Shown here: positions 19,717 to 29,863 of the stretch, one piece after another
Layout: each line of letters opens with the position of its first letter
Numbering within the stretch: position 1 is the first letter of the stretch
Assembly (NCBI GenBank): GCA_965262915.1
Contig: OZ253564.1
Span: forward strand, 3,424,001-3,488,000
DNA length: 64,000 nt
Origin: Candidatus Spongiisociaceae bacterium
GTDB lineage: Bacteria > Actinomycetota > Acidimicrobiia > Spongiisociales > Spongiisociaceae
Direction: 5' to 3'
Program-made: the position numbers and the translations under genes
Notes under the pieces: generated by a model
The model's database searches: none
Told to the model about the DNA's origin: nothing
Seen by the model: the letters and a program-made list of their open reading frames with translations, nothing else

Positions 19717-20632
19717 GAGCGGCGCCCTCCCGACCCTCCGCCGTGACGTCGTCGGCTACAGCTACACCGCCGAACAAACCCCCCGACTGACCGTGGAGGC
19801 GGGCGCGACTGTCCGGTTCGAGACGTGGGACGCGCGTGCCGGCGCCCTTCTCGACCGTGCTCCCGGCTCTCCCTTCGAACTGCCATTACCCACGCCCGGA
19901 CGCGGCAACCCCCTCACGGAGCCCCTTGCAATAAGGGGCGCCGCGCCGGGCGACACCCTTCTGGTCAGAATCGACGACATTTCCTGCATGTCACCGGGCT
20001 GGTGCGGAGGTCATGCCCACGTCGGGCCGCTACCCCCGGGCCGAATACCCCACCCCTTGGGACGCGTCTGCCCCCACGACGGCGACATCGTCCACTACTC
20101 GGATGACGTGAAGCTGCCTCTCTCCCCCATGATCGGCTGCATGGGGACGGCGGTGGCCGATGATCCACCCAACTCGGGACTTCCGGGTATGCATGGGGGG
20201 AACCTGGATCATCCTGTCGTCACGACGGGAGCCGTGGTCCACCTGCCGGTCTTTGTCGATCGGGGACTCCTATACATAGGTGATGTTCACGCTGCGCAGG
20301 GCGACGGCGAGCTTTCCGGGGTCGGCCTCGAGATCCCCGCCGACGTGACAGTGACCGTCGACATCGACCGTGGCCGTCATCTACGGTGGCCGTGGGTAGT
20401 CAACCAGGATCGGGTGATCGTGATGACCTCGGCAACGGAATTCGCGGATGCCAGACAGGAAGCCGTCGAGCAAGCGGTTCGAGTCCTTGAGACACAACTC
20501 GGCTACGAGCCCGCAGATGCTCTCGCCCTCATCTCCGTCGCCTGCGACCTACGCATCGGCCAGGCATTCGGCGGCATGGAGATGACGTTGCGACTCGAGA
20601 TGCCGAGATCACTGGGAATAGTTCCCGGATAG
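19706..20632 (+). CDS. Acetamidase/formamidase family protein (paralog of 17045..17950)
   Basis: FETWDARAGALLDR, HGGNLDHP, GDVHAAQGDGE, GQAFGGMEMTLRLEMPRSLG shared with the first copy. Confidence 0.9.
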   Translation: MIARSGALPTLRRDVVGYSYTAEQTPRLTVEAGATVRFETWDARAGALLDRAPGSPFELPLPTPGRGNPLTEPLAIRGAAPGDTLLVRIDDISCMSPGWCGGHAHVGPLPPGRIPHPLGRVCPHDGDIVHYSDDVKLPLSPMIGCMGTAVADDPPNSGLPGMHGGNLDHPVVTTGAVVHLPVFVDRGLLYIGDVHAAQGDGELSGVGLEIPADVTVTVDIDRGRHLRWPWVVNQDRVIVMTSATEFADARQEAVEQAVRVLETQLGYEPADALALISVACDLRIGQAFGGMEMTLRLEMPRSLGIVPG

Positions 20633-20901
20633 GCCGGACCTCCCGGGTCGAACCCCCCGACTCTCGACCTCCTCCGCCTCCACGATAAAATGGGCCACAA
20701 GGGCTGTCATTCGGAATGAGCCTGCCCCATTGGCTCGCAATCTCAATGCCTGAGGGGTCGATGACTTCTCCGCCAATCCCCCGCTCGAAGAAGTCGCCGA
20801 CCGGATCGGCGCGAACGGGGGTTCCGGGACCGGACGATAGGATGGTCTCGGGATACGAGACACCCCCCTCCACTGCCTGCAGACAAACTAGGAGGCTTTC
20901 A

Positions 20902-21294
20902 ATGCCTACTGCTCGTGGACCTTTTGACGTCACTATCGAGGCCGAGCCTCCTTTCCTGGAGCAGGACGGCATCAAGCTGAACCGCAACATGGTCCGCAAG
21001 CAATTCTGCGGAGACATGGTCGGCAGGTCTGAGGCCCAGATGGTCGCGGCTTACACGGCCACCCCGGGCTCGGCCGGATACGTAGCCATCGAGCACTTCA
21101 CCGGCTCGGTCGCCGGCAGGTCGGGCTCGTTCGTCCTCCAGCACCACGGTTTGATGGAGGATGGCGAGGCCCAACTGATGGTCACGATGGTTCCGGACTC
21201 CGGCACCGGTGAGTTGGCCCGGATCTCGGGCAGCCTCGAGATCCACAACGACGACGGAAAGCACTCCTACATCCTCGAGTACGAGCATCGATGA
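20902..21294 (+). CDS. DUF3224 domain protein
   Basis: ARGPFDV, SAGYVAIE, GSFVLQH, VPDSGTGEL; GGAGG RBS. Confidence 0.85.
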   Translation: MPTARGPFDVTIEAEPPFLEQDGIKLNRNMVRKQFCGDMVGRSEAQMVAAYTATPGSAGYVAIEHFTGSVAGRSGSFVLQHHGLMEDGEAQLMVTMVPDSGTGELARISGSLEIHNDDGKHSYILEYEHR

Positions 21295-21827
21295 CCGGAC
21301 GCTATCTGGTGATGCCGCGGGGTATCAACGTCGGGACCCGCAATCGGGTACCGATGGCGGGGCTCAGGTCGAAGCTGGCCGACGAGGGCTACTCCGACGT
21401 GGCGACCGTCCTGGCGAGCGGGAACGTGATCGTTTCGGCCGAATCGGATCGTCCCGACGAGGTCGCCGACGCCATAGAACGGTTGCTCAGCGACCACTTC
21501 GACGTAAACGTTCCCTGCGTCGTCCGAACGGCGAACCAGGTTCGGGGGATACTCGACCGCAATCCGCTGCACGAGGTCGTGTCCGACCCGTCGCGCTACT
21601 TGGTGAACTTCCTCTCGGAGGAGCCCGATCCCGAAGTGGTAGCGGCGCTGCTGGAGGAGGACCACAGCCCCGAGGCCATCGCGATCGAAGGCACCGAGGC
21701 ATACGTGTGGACTCCAGATGGTGTCAAGGCGATGACCCTCTCGCACGCGTACCTCGAGAAGCGGTTCGGCGTCGTCGCCACGGCGCGCAACTGGAACACC
21801 ATGACGAAGATCGCCGCCAAGTTCTGA
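21291..21827 (+). CDS. DUF1697 domain protein
   Basis: RGINVG, ASGNV, TARNWNT. Confidence 0.9.
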   Translation: MTGRYLVMPRGINVGTRNRVPMAGLRSKLADEGYSDVATVLASGNVIVSAESDRPDEVADAIERLLSDHFDVNVPCVVRTANQVRGILDRNPLHEVVSDPSRYLVNFLSEEPDPEVVAALLEEDHSPEAIAIEGTEAYVWTPDGVKAMTLSHAYLEKRFGVVATARNWNTMTKIAAKF

Positions 21828-21833
21828 CTTGCA

Positions 21834-22880
21834 TCACCCGCGATGCTCTCGCCTCTCCACGCACCGCGCTACGACGGCGATGTGTTGGCCCTGCTGCACC
21901 GGCGCACGCCAGGCCGCGGCGATCAGGTAGCCGTCCACCCCGGCGCGCACCCGCCAGGGATCCTCGTCGATACGGTGAAAGTCGTGGAGCAAGCCGACCA
22001 CCTGGCCGACGACGACATGCGACCCGCGCTCGAGGAGCGGCTCGTAGTGTCCTGGCCACGGCGCCCGAACGTAGCAAGCCGGGTCGACCGCCTCGACCAA
22101 CCGTTGGGTTCGGGCCGCATGATGGGCTACAGGCTCCACATCGACGTTCATCTGACCGGAGAGAACAGCGGCCGCGATCACACCGTGGCGGGCGTAGCGG
22201 ACACCATCGGGACTCAGCGCACCTCCCCAGCCGAACTCGCCGCCCACCGAGATCTTTCCATCTCTCTCGGCGTCGCTGGTGAGCAATCTGGGGGTCAGGT
22301 CCTGATAAGTGAGAATGAATGGCACGCCGAACCACCGGGCCATCTCGAGCATCGCCGCAGCCTGCCGCTCATCGGGGACCCGATGAAAGCTCGTCAGCGG
22401 TGCGAACCGGGCCACATCGCCTCCGGCGTGGAGGTCGATGACAACGTGGACGTGGGGCCAGATGCTCGTTCGCACGAAGTCGGCTATGCGATGGGTGATC
22501 CCTGAGACGCCCGCGAGGCGACCGGCTCCGTCGACGAAGGCTCGGTTGAGGTTGACACCGTCGGCGTCGACGCTCTCCCTCCGGCCCGCCCGGAAGGCCG
22601 GGGGACTCAGAACCGGAACCAGCACAACCCTTCCGGTCACTGTGGCTTCGTCGATCTCCCGGAGAAGGTGCTTGAGGGCTACCGGGCCCTCGTACTCGTC
22701 ACCATGGGTGGATCCGAAGGCCACCAAGCCCTGTCCATCCCGGGCATCGGACCCGACCCAGACCGTGAGCGGTACCAGCCATTCACCCCAGATGGAGTCA
22801 TGCGGAAGGCCCACCCAATAGTCACGGCGTCCGGGCGATTCAAGGTCCAAGCCGCCGGGGGTGACCATCTGCCTAGCCAT
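21834..22880 (-). CDS. Succinylglutamate desuccinylase/aspartoacylase (M14) family protein
   Basis: HGDEYEG, NLNRAF, DLHAGG, GEFG. Confidence 0.9.
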   Translation of the reverse strand: MARQMVTPGGLDLESPGRRDYWVGLPHDSIWGEWLVPLTVWVGSDARDGQGLVAFGSTHGDEYEGPVALKHLLREIDEATVTGRVVLVPVLSPPAFRAGRRESVDADGVNLNRAFVDGAGRLAGVSGITHRIADFVRTSIWPHVHVVIDLHAGGDVARFAPLTSFHRVPDERQAAAMLEMARWFGVPFILTYQDLTPRLLTSDAERDGKISVGGEFGWGGALSPDGVRYARHGVIAAAVLSGQMNVDVEPVAHHAARTQRLVEAVDPACYVRAPWPGHYEPLLERGSHVVVGQVVGLLHDFHRIDEDPWRVRAGVDGYLIAAAWRAPVQQGQHIAVVARCVERREHRG

Positions 22881-23181
22881 ACACCCTCCGGGACTGCCGA
22901 ATCGAACAACTTCGTGATCGCCCTATCGTCGAACACCTGTCGGCCGGCCCGCTAGACGAGTAGTTCCAAGGGATCGGATCGGCAATGATGCTTGTACTAT
23001 CGGTAGCCAACGACATACAACACATCCTGTGACTCCTTTTGGCGCGGGGTCCCGATTCATTCCCGATCTCGAAGGCGCCTCGGCGCGACCCGGAACTCGG
23101 ATACCGCTACGGAGGCCGGAAAGCAACGCAATCTACCGCTAACTCAAGACTGTTTGCTCCGGACCCCTTGGAACTAACCAT

Positions 23182-24354
23182 CTAGTTGACACGGTGGTGC
23201 TCCACGAACTCGATATCCACGGCCACACCGAGCCCCGGCGCGTCCGGTACCGACAGCGTGCCATCTGCGTTCAGAGACATCGCCCCGCAGGTCACACCGC
23301 GGCTCAGCCGACTCTGCGCGGCGTTGAACTCCACGTAACGCCCACCGGACAGGGTCGACATGAAGTGAACGCTGTAGGCATGCAGGAGATCGGAGATCCA
23401 CGAGTGGGTGATCACATCGACATCACGCTCGGCAGCCAACGCGGCGACACGGGTTGCGACCGTGAGACCTCCGCAGCGGGTGAGATCCGGCTGCAGGATA
23501 TCGACGCAGCCGCCATCCAGGTATCGCTCGAAATCCCAAATCGTGGTGAGTTGCTCGCCGGCAGCGACCAGCACGGGGCTGTGCTCCCGAACGTAGGCGT
23601 AGTCCAGCAGGTACTCGGGATGTATGAAGTCCTCCACCCAAACAGGGTTGAACGGGGCAACCCGCTCGCACAACTCCAGGTTCTCCCGGCGAGTTCGGAA
23701 GCGAAGGCCGTCCGACCATCCGATGCCGTACCATCCGGGGTCGATCATGAGATCCCTGCCGGGCCCCAGAGCCTCCCGGATCGCTGCGAGGATCTCGACA
23801 TCGCGACCCGGGTCCTCGCCGAAAGGACCCCAACCGAACTTCGCCGCCGGGTAGCCGGCTTCGACGAATCTGCGGGCTGCCCGGTGGTTGTCCTCGGGGT
23901 CGTCCCAGAAGAGGCTCGAAGCGTAAGCCCGCAGCGACTCTTGCTTGCGACCACCGAGCAGTTCGGACAGCGGCAGGGAGGCGGCTTGGGCCTTGATCGA
24001 CCAGAGGCAGTTGTCCACCGCCGATATGCAATGGAGCGCGATCCCCCTCCGTCCGTAGTAGGTGGTGCCCACGAACATCTTGTTCCAGAGCCGTTCGGTG
24101 TCCGACGGATCCTCGCCCAGGAGGAGGTCTCTGAGGGTGTGGAAACCCATCGGGCCCATGCTCACACCCTGCACTATCGAGGGCACCGCCGTGGTGAGCG
24201 TCTCCACCTCGGACCATCCCACGAGGCCTTCGTCCGTGTCGACACGTATCAGCGCCAGCCAGTCACCCTGGTCGGTCGCGTCGGTTTCACACTTGCGCGT
24301 GCCGTAGGTCTCGTCGCCGCGCAGGAGGATACATTCGACGTCAGTGATGCGCAC
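23182..24354 (-). CDS. Mandelate racemase-subgroup enolase-superfamily enzyme (acid-sugar dehydratase-like)
   Basis: VDTDEGLVGWSE, ISAVDNCLW, KFGW, MIDPG, VED, AGEQ, QPD, HSW, PGLG; GTG start at 24354. Confidence 0.85.
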   Translation of the reverse strand: MRITDVECILLRGDETYGTRKCETDATDQGDWLALIRVDTDEGLVGWSEVETLTTAVPSIVQGVSMGPMGFHTLRDLLLGEDPSDTERLWNKMFVGTTYYGRRGIALHCISAVDNCLWSIKAQAASLPLSELLGGRKQESLRAYASSLFWDDPEDNHRAARRFVEAGYPAAKFGWGPFGEDPGRDVEILAAIREALGPGRDLMIDPGWYGIGWSDGLRFRTRRENLELCERVAPFNPVWVEDFIHPEYLLDYAYVREHSPVLVAAGEQLTTIWDFERYLDGGCVDILQPDLTRCGGLTVATRVAALAAERDVDVITHSWISDLLHAYSVHFMSTLSGGRYVEFNAAQSRLSRGVTCGAMSLNADGTLSVPDAPGLGVAVDIEFVEHHRVN

Positions 24355-24436
24355 CGGTCGGCCGCCTTTCCTTCGCGCGCTGGTTACCGGACCGATTCTC
24401 TCATACGGCAGGCGCCGGGGACCCCCTGCCCAGCCC

Positions 24437-25408
24437 TCAGGCCTGGCCGATGGCCATCGAGGGCGTCGGTGAGCAGTCGACGGCGGATTGGAGCAGGTCG
24501 AAGAGGCGGTCCACCTCGGCGGTCGTCTCCGGGTCGAGCCGGAAACCAACCGGACCCCGGACACGGGTGTTCTCGAATACGCCCTGCCTGACAAGGAGGT
24601 GTTTCTCGACGGCGATGAAGCCGTCGAGTCCGGACTGCATCGACACGAGCGCAGTAAGCGGTCCGTTGATGGCGTTGATGCGAGCCTCATCACCAGCCTC
24701 CAAGGCATCCCACAGGGCAACGATCGCCCAGCAGACCTCCGCTCCCGGCATCGTCCCGACGATCCCCCGCTTGTAGCTATCGACCAAGGCGATGCCGCCC
24801 GATCCCTCGAACACCCGGGCCGCCCCTCCCGTCGCATCGCGCAGTTCAGTGAGTCTGGGTCCTATGGGGACCGCCTCCGGCTTGAACAGGACCCGCCCTC
24901 CGTACTCGTCGAGTAATCGAGCCTGGAGGCCGATGGACATGGGCCGGCCCACATAGCCGCTGGCGTCCTGAATGACCAGGGGAACTTCGGTGGCGTCGAG
25001 CAACGACCGGTAGTAACCGGCGAGCTGATCATCAAGGCAGGGCACGGTCGTCGGTGGTATCGCCATTAGGGCGGACGCTCCGATGCTCTGGGCGTGGAGC
25101 GCGTATTCGACGGCTACCTTTGTGCTCTCCGCCCCAACGCTGACGATCACCGGTCCGTGGGCCAGACCGGTATCACATGCCATTTCGGCCAACAGGCGGC
25201 GCTCCTCGCCCGACAGCCGCAGGGTCTCGGACACCATCGCCATGACGATGCCATCGACTCCGTGTCCGTACATCCATCGAATCTCGTGCTCCAGCACGTC
25301 CCGATCGATGGAGTCGTCGTCACAGAACGGCGTCTGGAACACGGGGAAGACCCCGGATAGGGTCTCTGATCGCTCGGCTGACTCCGATCCGGCGCCCCGG
25401 CCGCTCAT
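24437..25408 (-). CDS. Dihydrodipicolinate synthase family (class I aldolase/lyase) protein
   Basis: GVFPVFQTPF, MVSE, IQDA, LFKPE (Schiff-base Lys), GTMPG; exact start uncertain. Confidence 0.85.
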   Translation of the reverse strand: MSGRGAGSESAERSETLSGVFPVFQTPFCDDDSIDRDVLEHEIRWMYGHGVDGIVMAMVSETLRLSGEERRLLAEMACDTGLAHGPVIVSVGAESTKVAVEYALHAQSIGASALMAIPPTTVPCLDDQLAGYYRSLLDATEVPLVIQDASGYVGRPMSIGLQARLLDEYGGRVLFKPEAVPIGPRLTELRDATGGAARVFEGSGGIALVDSYKRGIVGTMPGAEVCWAIVALWDALEAGDEARINAINGPLTALVSMQSGLDGFIAVEKHLLVRQGVFENTRVRGPVGFRLDPETTAEVDRLFDLLQSAVDCSPTPSMAIGQA

Positions 25409-25457
25409 CGGCGGCAGGCTTCGCATGTCGGGCAGGCGGAGGCCGTTGTATCAGAGG

Positions 25458-26243
25458 TCACGGCGCGATCACCCCGTCCGGATAGCGGTCGAAGACCTTC
25501 ACGTCGTGGATGGGCACGATGTGCTGGGCGGTGTTCCGCACCCTCTCGTAGCACTCCAAGGCTTCGTACATGTTCTCGCAGAGTCCGAGCATCTCACCGT
25601 CCTCCACGTTCTCGTAGAAGAAGTAGGAGTCCGAGATCGCCACCACACCGACCGCGGTATCGACCTCGACCACGATCGACTCGCGATGGTGAGCGCCCGA
25701 CCACCAGGTGCGCAGTCCTGGCGCAATCTCGTCCTCGTCCTCCAGCAGGCGAACCCTATCCCAGCTGTCCGTGACGAGATCAACCAGGGTGTCCTTCGGC
25801 ATCGACCGCCACCGATCGTCGTGAGGATGGTCGTGGGTGGTGTGGAAGTGGATCCAGCCCCGTTTGGCGATGCAAACCTGCGCAGTCCTGAACAGGTGGA
25901 GGGTTCCGGTGGTGTAGAGCTCCAACGGAGTCAGCAAGATATGGGTGATATCGTCGGGAGTGAGGCCGACGGTCTCCAGCGCGCCGGTCATGTAGTGCTC
26001 CGGACGTCTCGTGAGGTCACCTTTCGGAGCGTCGTGGAGGTAGCGCATCCGTGGCCAGCCCTCTTCGACCATCGTGGTGTCGTCGGGAGGAGAAGCGTTT
26101 ACCAGAGCGGTTATGCCACCTCCCCGTATCAGGGTGACGTTGAACGCCAAGGGGTAGACCTCGTCCCAACGACTCATCCAGAAGACCTCGGGCCCCGCGA
26201 TCAGCGATTCGCCCACGCTCAGAACTCGCACCGAATACTGCAT
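25458..26243 (-). CDS. Metallo-beta-lactamase-fold (AHL-lactonase-like) protein with degenerate HxHxDH motif
   Basis: PDDITHILLTPLELYTTG, EIAPGL, GAHH, ISDS, PIHD; GGAGAGGAG RBS. Confidence 0.75.
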   Translation of the reverse strand: MQYSVRVLSVGESLIAGPEVFWMSRWDEVYPLAFNVTLIRGGGITALVNASPPDDTTMVEEGWPRMRYLHDAPKGDLTRRPEHYMTGALETVGLTPDDITHILLTPLELYTTGTLHLFRTAQVCIAKRGWIHFHTTHDHPHDDRWRSMPKDTLVDLVTDSWDRVRLLEDEDEIAPGLRTWWSGAHHRESIVVEVDTAVGVVAISDSYFFYENVEDGEMLGLCENMYEALECYERVRNTAQHIVPIHDVKVFDRYPDGVIAP

Positions 26244-26327
26244 GCGTCTCCTCCTCTCCTATGAGTCGCTTTTCGCCGATCGCCTCTCCCGACTCCGCGG
26301 CTCGTGCCGGTGCTCACGATAAGCAGG

Positions 26328-27311
26328 TCAGTGGCCCGGACAGCCAGATTCACGGTCCTGTCCACCGATCACTTCAGAATGCCCCGGCGACACTCCCAAG
26401 GTCCAACCTTCACCGGCCTGGTGGATGACTCCCCCGTAGACATCCGACATGTTCCCCAACTCTTCCTCGTCGATCCCGGCGCTGATACTCGGCCCGATAT
26501 GGGTCAGCACCAGTGCGCCGACATCGGCGGCCCGGGCCATCCTGGCGGCGCCCAGCGTGCCCGTCTGGCCGGGAGCCTCTCCGCTGGCCACCATCGCCGC
26601 TTCCGTGTCCCAGCACATGGACACCAGCACATCGGCGTCTCTGGCAAGTTCGACAACCTCGTCGCACGGTTCGGTATCGCCCGTGTAGACGACAGAACTC
26701 GAACCCACCCTGATCCGGTACGCATTGCAGTCGAGAAAGGGCTGGACGTGGCGGGCCAGACCGGCACTGAACTCGATATCGCCAATGACGAAGTCTTGTC
26801 CAGGATCGACCTCCCGTACCAAGGGGTCGGGAGGGAGGCGCGGCAACTCGCCGCCTCGGTTGAGGTATACGGCGTGGCTGGGCGGCGCCTCCATCCGCGC
26901 ATTCAGATCGGGCCAGAAGACGCCTGATCCGGCACCGAACAACTTCTCGACGAAGTCGCTGGTCGGTGAAGGCCCGTATATCGACAGCTCATCGATGAGC
27001 CCGGCGCCCTGATCCCATCTGCTCAGAAAGAATCCGGGGAAGCCGGCGGTGTGATCGAAGTGATGATGGGTCAGAACGACGGCATCCACATCCGTCGGTT
27101 CGAAGCCCGATCCGACGAGACGGCGGGTGACTCCGGGGCCTGTGTCGAGCAGAACCGCGGTCGTGCGGCTCCGGACCAGGATCGCGGTTCCCCACCTCGC
27201 CGGAGTGGGCGTCGGGGTACCGGCCAACAGAACCGTGACTTCCATCTCGGACGCCGACTCCTCGCCGCCCGTTCCGACAACACCTGCAGGGCGGGGCCGG
27301 GGGATGGCCAT
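26328..27311 (-). CDS. MBL-fold hydrolase, RNase Z/AtsA-like
   Basis: GTPTP, LDTG, THHHFDH, GDTEP, LTH; strong AAAGGAGG RBS before ATG 27311. Confidence 0.85.
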   Translation of the reverse strand: MAIPRPRPAGVVGTGGEESASEMEVTVLLAGTPTPTPARWGTAILVRSRTTAVLLDTGPGVTRRLVGSGFEPTDVDAVVLTHHHFDHTAGFPGFFLSRWDQGAGLIDELSIYGPSPTSDFVEKLFGAGSGVFWPDLNARMEAPPSHAVYLNRGGELPRLPPDPLVREVDPGQDFVIGDIEFSAGLARHVQPFLDCNAYRIRVGSSSVVYTGDTEPCDEVVELARDADVLVSMCWDTEAAMVASGEAPGQTGTLGAARMARAADVGALVLTHIGPSISAGIDEEELGNMSDVYGGVIHQAGEGWTLGVSPGHSEVIGGQDRESGCPGH

Positions 27312-27471
27312 CTACACCCTCCTTTGGTTTTGGTTTCGATCAGAGATCCCCACGGTCGGAACCCTGCCCGTCGTGGAACCCGCCGGGTTCACCGTCGCAA
27401 TGCCAGACCGGGCCACGCCTAGGTACACATCGGGACTCCGTTGGTCACCGGCGGATACGACCAACGTGGGG

Positions 27472-28473
27472 TCAGCTATCGAATTCGGCAAGGGAAACAG
27501 GACGGCCTTGCTCGATGGATCTGTCCATGGCCAGAGCGGCCACCAAAGCCGCCCGTGCATCATGAAGGCTCAAGGGCCACTCCCGACCGTCGCGTACCCG
27601 GCTGAGAAAGAAAGCGTCCTCGGAGGGTAGCGCCCCGTAGGGTATGCCGTTCGGGTACGAGTAATACCCGGTATGGATGTGCTCCAGGCCGTCAACGCTG
27701 AACACCACCGCAGGCGAGTCGCGCGTCTCCACATACGCGCTCCCCCGAGTTCCGAAGACAGCCAGACGGTGGTCGCTGCGGAGTCCGGAATCGAAGGGCA
27801 GGATCCAGTTGTGGTCGAGAGCGCCGACAGCCCCTGAGGTAAACCGCACGGTGGCCACCGCCGCATCTGGCCCGGGCCCGACAACCGCGTGTTGCGCGGC
27901 CTCCGCATATACTCGCTCGATATCTCCCGCGAGCCACCTCATCACATCGAGGTCGTGAATCGCCATCTCCTGCGGTACGGTCGTACGTCCCGAGATGATC
28001 CTGCCCTCGTAGTCGGGCGCATTCCATCGAGCCGACACATGTACGACTTCACCGAGCCTTCCCTCTGCCGCCGCCTGATGGACCGCTACATAGTTGGGAT
28101 CGAAGCGAAGGGTGTGACCTATGACCAGGCTCCCGGGGGTCGACCCGTCAAGCTCCATCATCCGGTCGGCGTCACCGAGCGAAGAGGCAAACGGCTTCTC
28201 GCAGAAGACATGCAACCCGCGGATCATCCCCGCCTCGACCACCGGCAGGTGCATCTGTTGGGGTGTGCAAACCCAGAGAGCGTCGAGACCTTCTGTGTCA
28301 AGTGCTTCATCGAGGTCAGCTGTGAAGCGGGTCCCTGCAGGTACTCCAGAAGCCGCTGCCGGATCGGTGTCGCAGACCACGGCGAGATCGGCTATCGGGT
28401 TCGCAGCCAGAATTCTGGCGTGTTCACGACCGATCATCCCGTGACCGACGAGTGCGCATCGGACTGGTTGCAT
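27472..28473 (-). CDS. Gfo/Idh/MocA family oxidoreductase (paralog of 5445..6440)
   Basis: GHGMIG, CTPQ, CEKP, GHTLRF, IHDLD. Confidence 0.9.
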   Translation of the reverse strand: MQPVRCALVGHGMIGREHARILAANPIADLAVVCDTDPAAASGVPAGTRFTADLDEALDTEGLDALWVCTPQQMHLPVVEAGMIRGLHVFCEKPFASSLGDADRMMELDGSTPGSLVIGHTLRFDPNYVAVHQAAAEGRLGEVVHVSARWNAPDYEGRIISGRTTVPQEMAIHDLDVMRWLAGDIERVYAEAAQHAVVGPGPDAAVATVRFTSGAVGALDHNWILPFDSGLRSDHRLAVFGTRGSAYVETRDSPAVVFSVDGLEHIHTGYYSYPNGIPYGALPSEDAFFLSRVRDGREWPLSLHDARAALVAALAMDRSIEQGRPVSLAEFDS

Positions 28474-28789
28474 GGTCGTCCCCTTCCGTCGCCCTAAGCA
28501 GAGGCCGCAATAAAGGCGGGGCGAATTGCTCCGCAAGCGATCCGCTAGCACGGGCCTCGCCGGACCACTGGATCGGTAGCCGCTGATTGTAGTGGCGAAC
28601 GCGTATGCGATAGCCACCAAGAGCATCCGGAGCGCTGCCCTCCGCGCGAGCCGGCCCGTGGCGGCATGGCCTCGGAAGCCCACGCAGCGCGGTAATTCGA
28701 CCCGACGGTCGTCTCGTCAGGAGCCCTTGCGCCACCTCCTACCGGGGATTAGCTTTGAGGTCGATCCGAGTTGCGAGGACAGAGGACAC

Positions 28790-29839
28790 ATGACCGAAAC
28801 ACAGACCGAGCCCGGTACCGTATGGCCCGACCGGGCGAGCATCCGAGCGATGCCAAAGGCCGAGGTGCATGTTCATCTCGAGGGTTGTTTCGAAGTCGTG
28901 GATGTCATCGAGTTGGCAGGCGCGGCGAAGGAACCTCTCCCCCGACCGCCCGAACGCCTCTTTGATTTCGGGGGGTTCGACCACTTCCTCGACTTCCTCG
29001 GCTGGATGGGCGGTCTTGTCCGGACCCCGGAACAAGCCGCTCGTGTCGCTTACCGCTTCGCCGCACGGGAAGCCGCTTCGGGGGTGCGATATGCGGACGT
29101 GGTGATCAACCTGACTCACTGGCCCGCGTGGCGGGACCGGCGTGATCAGTTCATCGACGCGTTGGACGCCGGCTTCCGTGGAGCTGAGGAGGACGGCCTG
29201 ACGAAGGTCGGTGTGTGCCTCAGCGTGATGAGGCAGCAGACCGCGCGGGAGGCCGTGGAACTGGCCGAGTGGATGGTCGATCGCCGGCACCCTCGCGTCG
29301 TTGCGCTGTCAATCGACGGTAACGAGGCCGCCATAGGCAGAACGAGCCCAAGGTTCGCAGAGGCGTTCCGGATCGCGGGAGAGGGCGGACTGAAGCGAGC
29401 GGTCCATGCCGGTGAGTCCTCAGGCCCGGAAGGCGTGCGTGATGCGATAGACATCCTCGGTGCCGACCGCGTCGACCACGGTGTGCGCGCGGTCGAGGAC
29501 AAGACCTTGGTTCGGGAACTCGCCGACCGCCAGGTCCCGCTTTGCGTCTGCGTGGGGTCGAACGTGATCATCGGTCTGGCTCCGGATCGTCGATCTCATC
29601 CCGCGGATGAGTTACGTCGAGCCGGGGTGAAGATCTCCCTGAATACCGACGATCCGGCCTACTACGAGACATCCCTCGAAGACGAGTATCTGGAGGTGAC
29701 CAAGGCGTACTCCTGGACTCCGGAGATACTGAGGTCGGTGGCGCGTAACGCCGTCGAAACTGCCTTCTGCGATGACGGTACTCGGGCCGAGCTGCTGGCC
29801 GACCTGGCGTCGTGGGATCAGATTGCGGCTACGGGATAG
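28790..29839 (+). CDS. add: Adenosine/adenine deaminase family protein
   Basis: PKAEVHVHLEG, HAGE, RVDHG, NTDDP. Confidence 0.85.
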   Translation: MTETQTEPGTVWPDRASIRAMPKAEVHVHLEGCFEVVDVIELAGAAKEPLPRPPERLFDFGGFDHFLDFLGWMGGLVRTPEQAARVAYRFAAREAASGVRYADVVINLTHWPAWRDRRDQFIDALDAGFRGAEEDGLTKVGVCLSVMRQQTAREAVELAEWMVDRRHPRVVALSIDGNEAAIGRTSPRFAEAFRIAGEGGLKRAVHAGESSGPEGVRDAIDILGADRVDHGVRAVEDKTLVRELADRQVPLCVCVGSNVIIGLAPDRRSHPADELRRAGVKISLNTDDPAYYETSLEDEYLEVTKAYSWTPEILRSVARNAVETAFCDDGTRAELLADLASWDQIAATG

Positions 29840-29863
29840 GATGACACGGATGGGTTCTGGCCG

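Noticed and set aside
20640-20670. tRNA-like GGTTCGA segment on the minus strand
   Set aside because: No cloverleaf, acceptor stem or anticodon arm
23194-24591. Long antisense ORFs (also 49057..50403, 50048..51508, 52422..54110, 56198..57361)
   Set aside because: Shadow frames of well-supported genes on the opposite strand in GC-rich DNA, with no motifs
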